DNA of 64,000 nucleotides from an uncultured Methanoregulaceae archaeon. Its GTDB lineage: Archaea; Halobacteriota; Methanomicrobia; Methanomicrobiales; Methanospirillaceae. Shown here piece by piece: positions 63,896-64,000 of this stretch. Location of the stretch: positions 640,001 through 704,000 of the forward strand of contig CAVTTL010000001.1 of assembly GCA_963737635.1 (NCBI GenBank). The letters are read 5' to 3'. Every line of letters starts with the position of its first letter. Position 1 is the stretch's first letter. The translations under genes and the position numbers were made by a program. The notes beneath the pieces were generated by a model. The model did not search any database, was not told the origin of the DNA, and saw nothing but the letters and a program-made list of their open reading frames with translations.

Positions 63896-64000
63896 CGGAG
63901 TCGTATATACTGCTGTGAGTCCTGAACTAGAGCGCTTCCTGATCTAAAAATGCTCTATTTTTTTACTCCCCGACTGTCATCAGCATCTCTTCCAGGGACG

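Overview
Archaeal chromosome segment, most likely from a Methanomicrobiales methanogen (Methanoregula-like, inferred from gene content). About 1-37.9 kb is mostly housekeeping: rps15, pcc1, rps3ae, apgM, hypF, the ftsZ-secE-spt5 / rpl11-rpl1-rpl10-rpl12 cluster (split by an ~8 kb accessory block), dtdA, ileS, thg1, mptE and tRNA-Lys(CTT). Right after the tRNA lies an ~20 kb defence region. It has a CRISPR array (48 full repeats plus one truncated, 48 spacers), cas4-cas1-cas2, a type I-B interference operon (cas8-cas7-cas5-cas3), a displaced cas6 and several toxin-antitoxin modules. It also carries a visibly AT-rich four-gene type III-F-like effector module: a Cas10 with intact HD motifs but no GGDD, Cas5, a divergent Cas11, and one Csm3-like Cas7 lacking the usual catalytic Asp. 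Two decayed copies of the same ATPase 5' end flank this module. The CRISPR leader holds a 36-nt insert between perfect 28-bp direct repeats, which looks like an off-target spacer integration. Many single-base frameshifts, including in rps15 and the tRNA, suggest indel errors in the assembly, so pseudogene calls are tentative. All family assignments come from recognising motifs by eye, not from database searches.
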